Of a stretch of 32,000 nucleotides of DNA, positions 31,276-32,000 are shown piece by piece. Made by a program: the position numbers and the translations under genes. Under the pieces are notes generated by a model that was given only the letters and a program-made list of their open reading frames with translations, was not told where the DNA came from and made no database searches. This stretch comes from Sedimentisphaerales bacterium (GTDB lineage: Bacteria > Planctomycetota > Phycisphaerae > Sedimentisphaerales > Anaerobacaceae). The DNA is taken from the NCBI GenBank assembly GCA_049508795.1, contig JBELAN010000009.1:64729-96728 (forward strand). Direction: 5' to 3'. How positions within the stretch are numbered: position 1 is the stretch's first letter; every line of letters starts with the position of its first letter.

Positions 31276-32000
31276 TTAATTTTCAGATTTTTTGTTGCTC
31301 CAGAGGCCTAACTGTTTTTCCTTTGCCTGCTTCTCCAAATAATCGAACTGCTTCATAAACTGGAACGGCTCATATATATAATTATAGGCGTAGCCATCTG
31401 CGATGAGCTTGGCATTGACCAAAGTGCCATCTTCCAAAAAGACATATCTCAGAAGCCGGTTGTATTTATCTCTGTTTGACTGCATCGGGTCGGGGATTAA
31501 ATAGGCCAACTTGTTTTCCAAAAGCTGCTTAGCATATTGGACGGCTTCGGGGCCGAAATAATCATTCTGCGGATGATTAGGATGTGCTATCTCAGGAGCA
31601 TCGATTCCAATCAGCCGGACAGGTTCAATTTTTCCTGCAATATCGACTCTGATAGTGTCACCGTCAATTACTTCCACAACGCGGTATGTAGGCGGGGCTT
31701 CTCTTTTAACAGGCAATGGTTCGTGGGACAGAATTTTAATTTGGCTGAGGTTATCGAGAATAATCTGCGACCGGCCTTGATAAGCCCTTATCAGGCCGGT
31801 GATTTCCACAGTTTTTCCTTCGTATTGCTGCGGATTGGGAAATTTGTGTGCGTCCTTATTAAAAATTGTAACACCAAACGGACAGGTTTTGTAATCCTGG
31901 CAGAAGTTCAGAAATACAGTACCTTTTTCAGAAGTATAAACATGGTCTATTTTGCCAGAGACGCAAGCGTATTCTCCAATGTGGTCGGGGGCCTGCGTGT
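31276..32000 (-). CDS. OB-fold domain + thermonuclease (SNase-like) protein, N-terminus outside the window
   Basis: The SNase motif is VVEVIDGDTIRVD...VRLIGIDAPE...YGPEA...DKYNRLLRYV. The same frame stays open upstream of the ORF-track GTG (31809) to base 32000. There it reads HIGEYACVSGKIDHVYTSEKGTVFLNF...YEGKTVEITGLIRAYQGRSQIIL, an OB-fold-like domain. Confidence 0.8.
   Translation of the reverse strand, partial: TQAPDHIGEYACVSGKIDHVYTSEKGTVFLNFCQDYKTCPFGVTIFNKDAHKFPNPQQYEGKTVEITGLIRAYQGRSQIILDNLSQIKILSHEPLPVKREAPPTYRVVEVIDGDTIRVDIAGKIEPVRLIGIDAPEIAHPNHPQNDYFGPEAVQYAKQLLENKLAYLIPDPMQSNRDKYNRLLRYVFLEDGTLVNAKLIADGYAYNYIYEPFQFMKQFDYLEKQAKEKQLGLWSNKKSEN

Overview
This window looks like a gene-dense chromosomal core region of a PVC-type bacterium. 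The Planctomycetota/Phycisphaerae-like assignment is a tentative inference from gene content and repeat style.

I support 27 protein-coding genes:
- + strand, 1-7941: clpB (3' part), then etfB, etfA, a long acyl-CoA dehydrogenase and a HAD hydrolase.
- - strand, 983-3250: an APH-fold kinase plus a Hanks Ser/Thr kinase pair.
- - strand, 18000 down to 7954, a ten-gene co-directional block: flippase-like membrane protein, DUF502, hpf, ptsN, HPr, ptsI, a TIGR03936/DUF2344 protein, RNase G, kdsC and a giant LptC/LptA-like protein.
- 18096-28847: hisI, an orphan histidine kinase, dacB, an LpxL-like acyltransferase, a B12-type radical SAM enzyme, pfkA, a P2-type Ca2+ ATPase and miaB.
- 29725-32000: a secreted NfeD/SppA-like serine protease and an OB-fold/thermonuclease gene that runs off the window.

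I found no rRNA, tRNA, CRISPR array, transposase or integrase.

The unusual content is structural rather than a new gene cassette:
1. etfA appears broken by a ~61-nt internal deletion, with its conserved C-terminal tail still readable out of frame.
2. A family of short modular intergenic repeats fills 28848-29724 and 30901-31275. Two modules (68 nt and 67 nt) are 100% identical and bracket the protease gene as direct repeats.
3. A diverged copy of the hairpin module sits in-frame inside miaB, where it adds about 27 residues.
4. The gene-free island after miaB also holds a helically phased A-tract array and a 30-bp AT-rich palindrome.
5. miaB and the LpxL-like gene have candidate promoters placed so that their transcripts would be leaderless.

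All functional calls come from reading motifs by eye. No database search was run.
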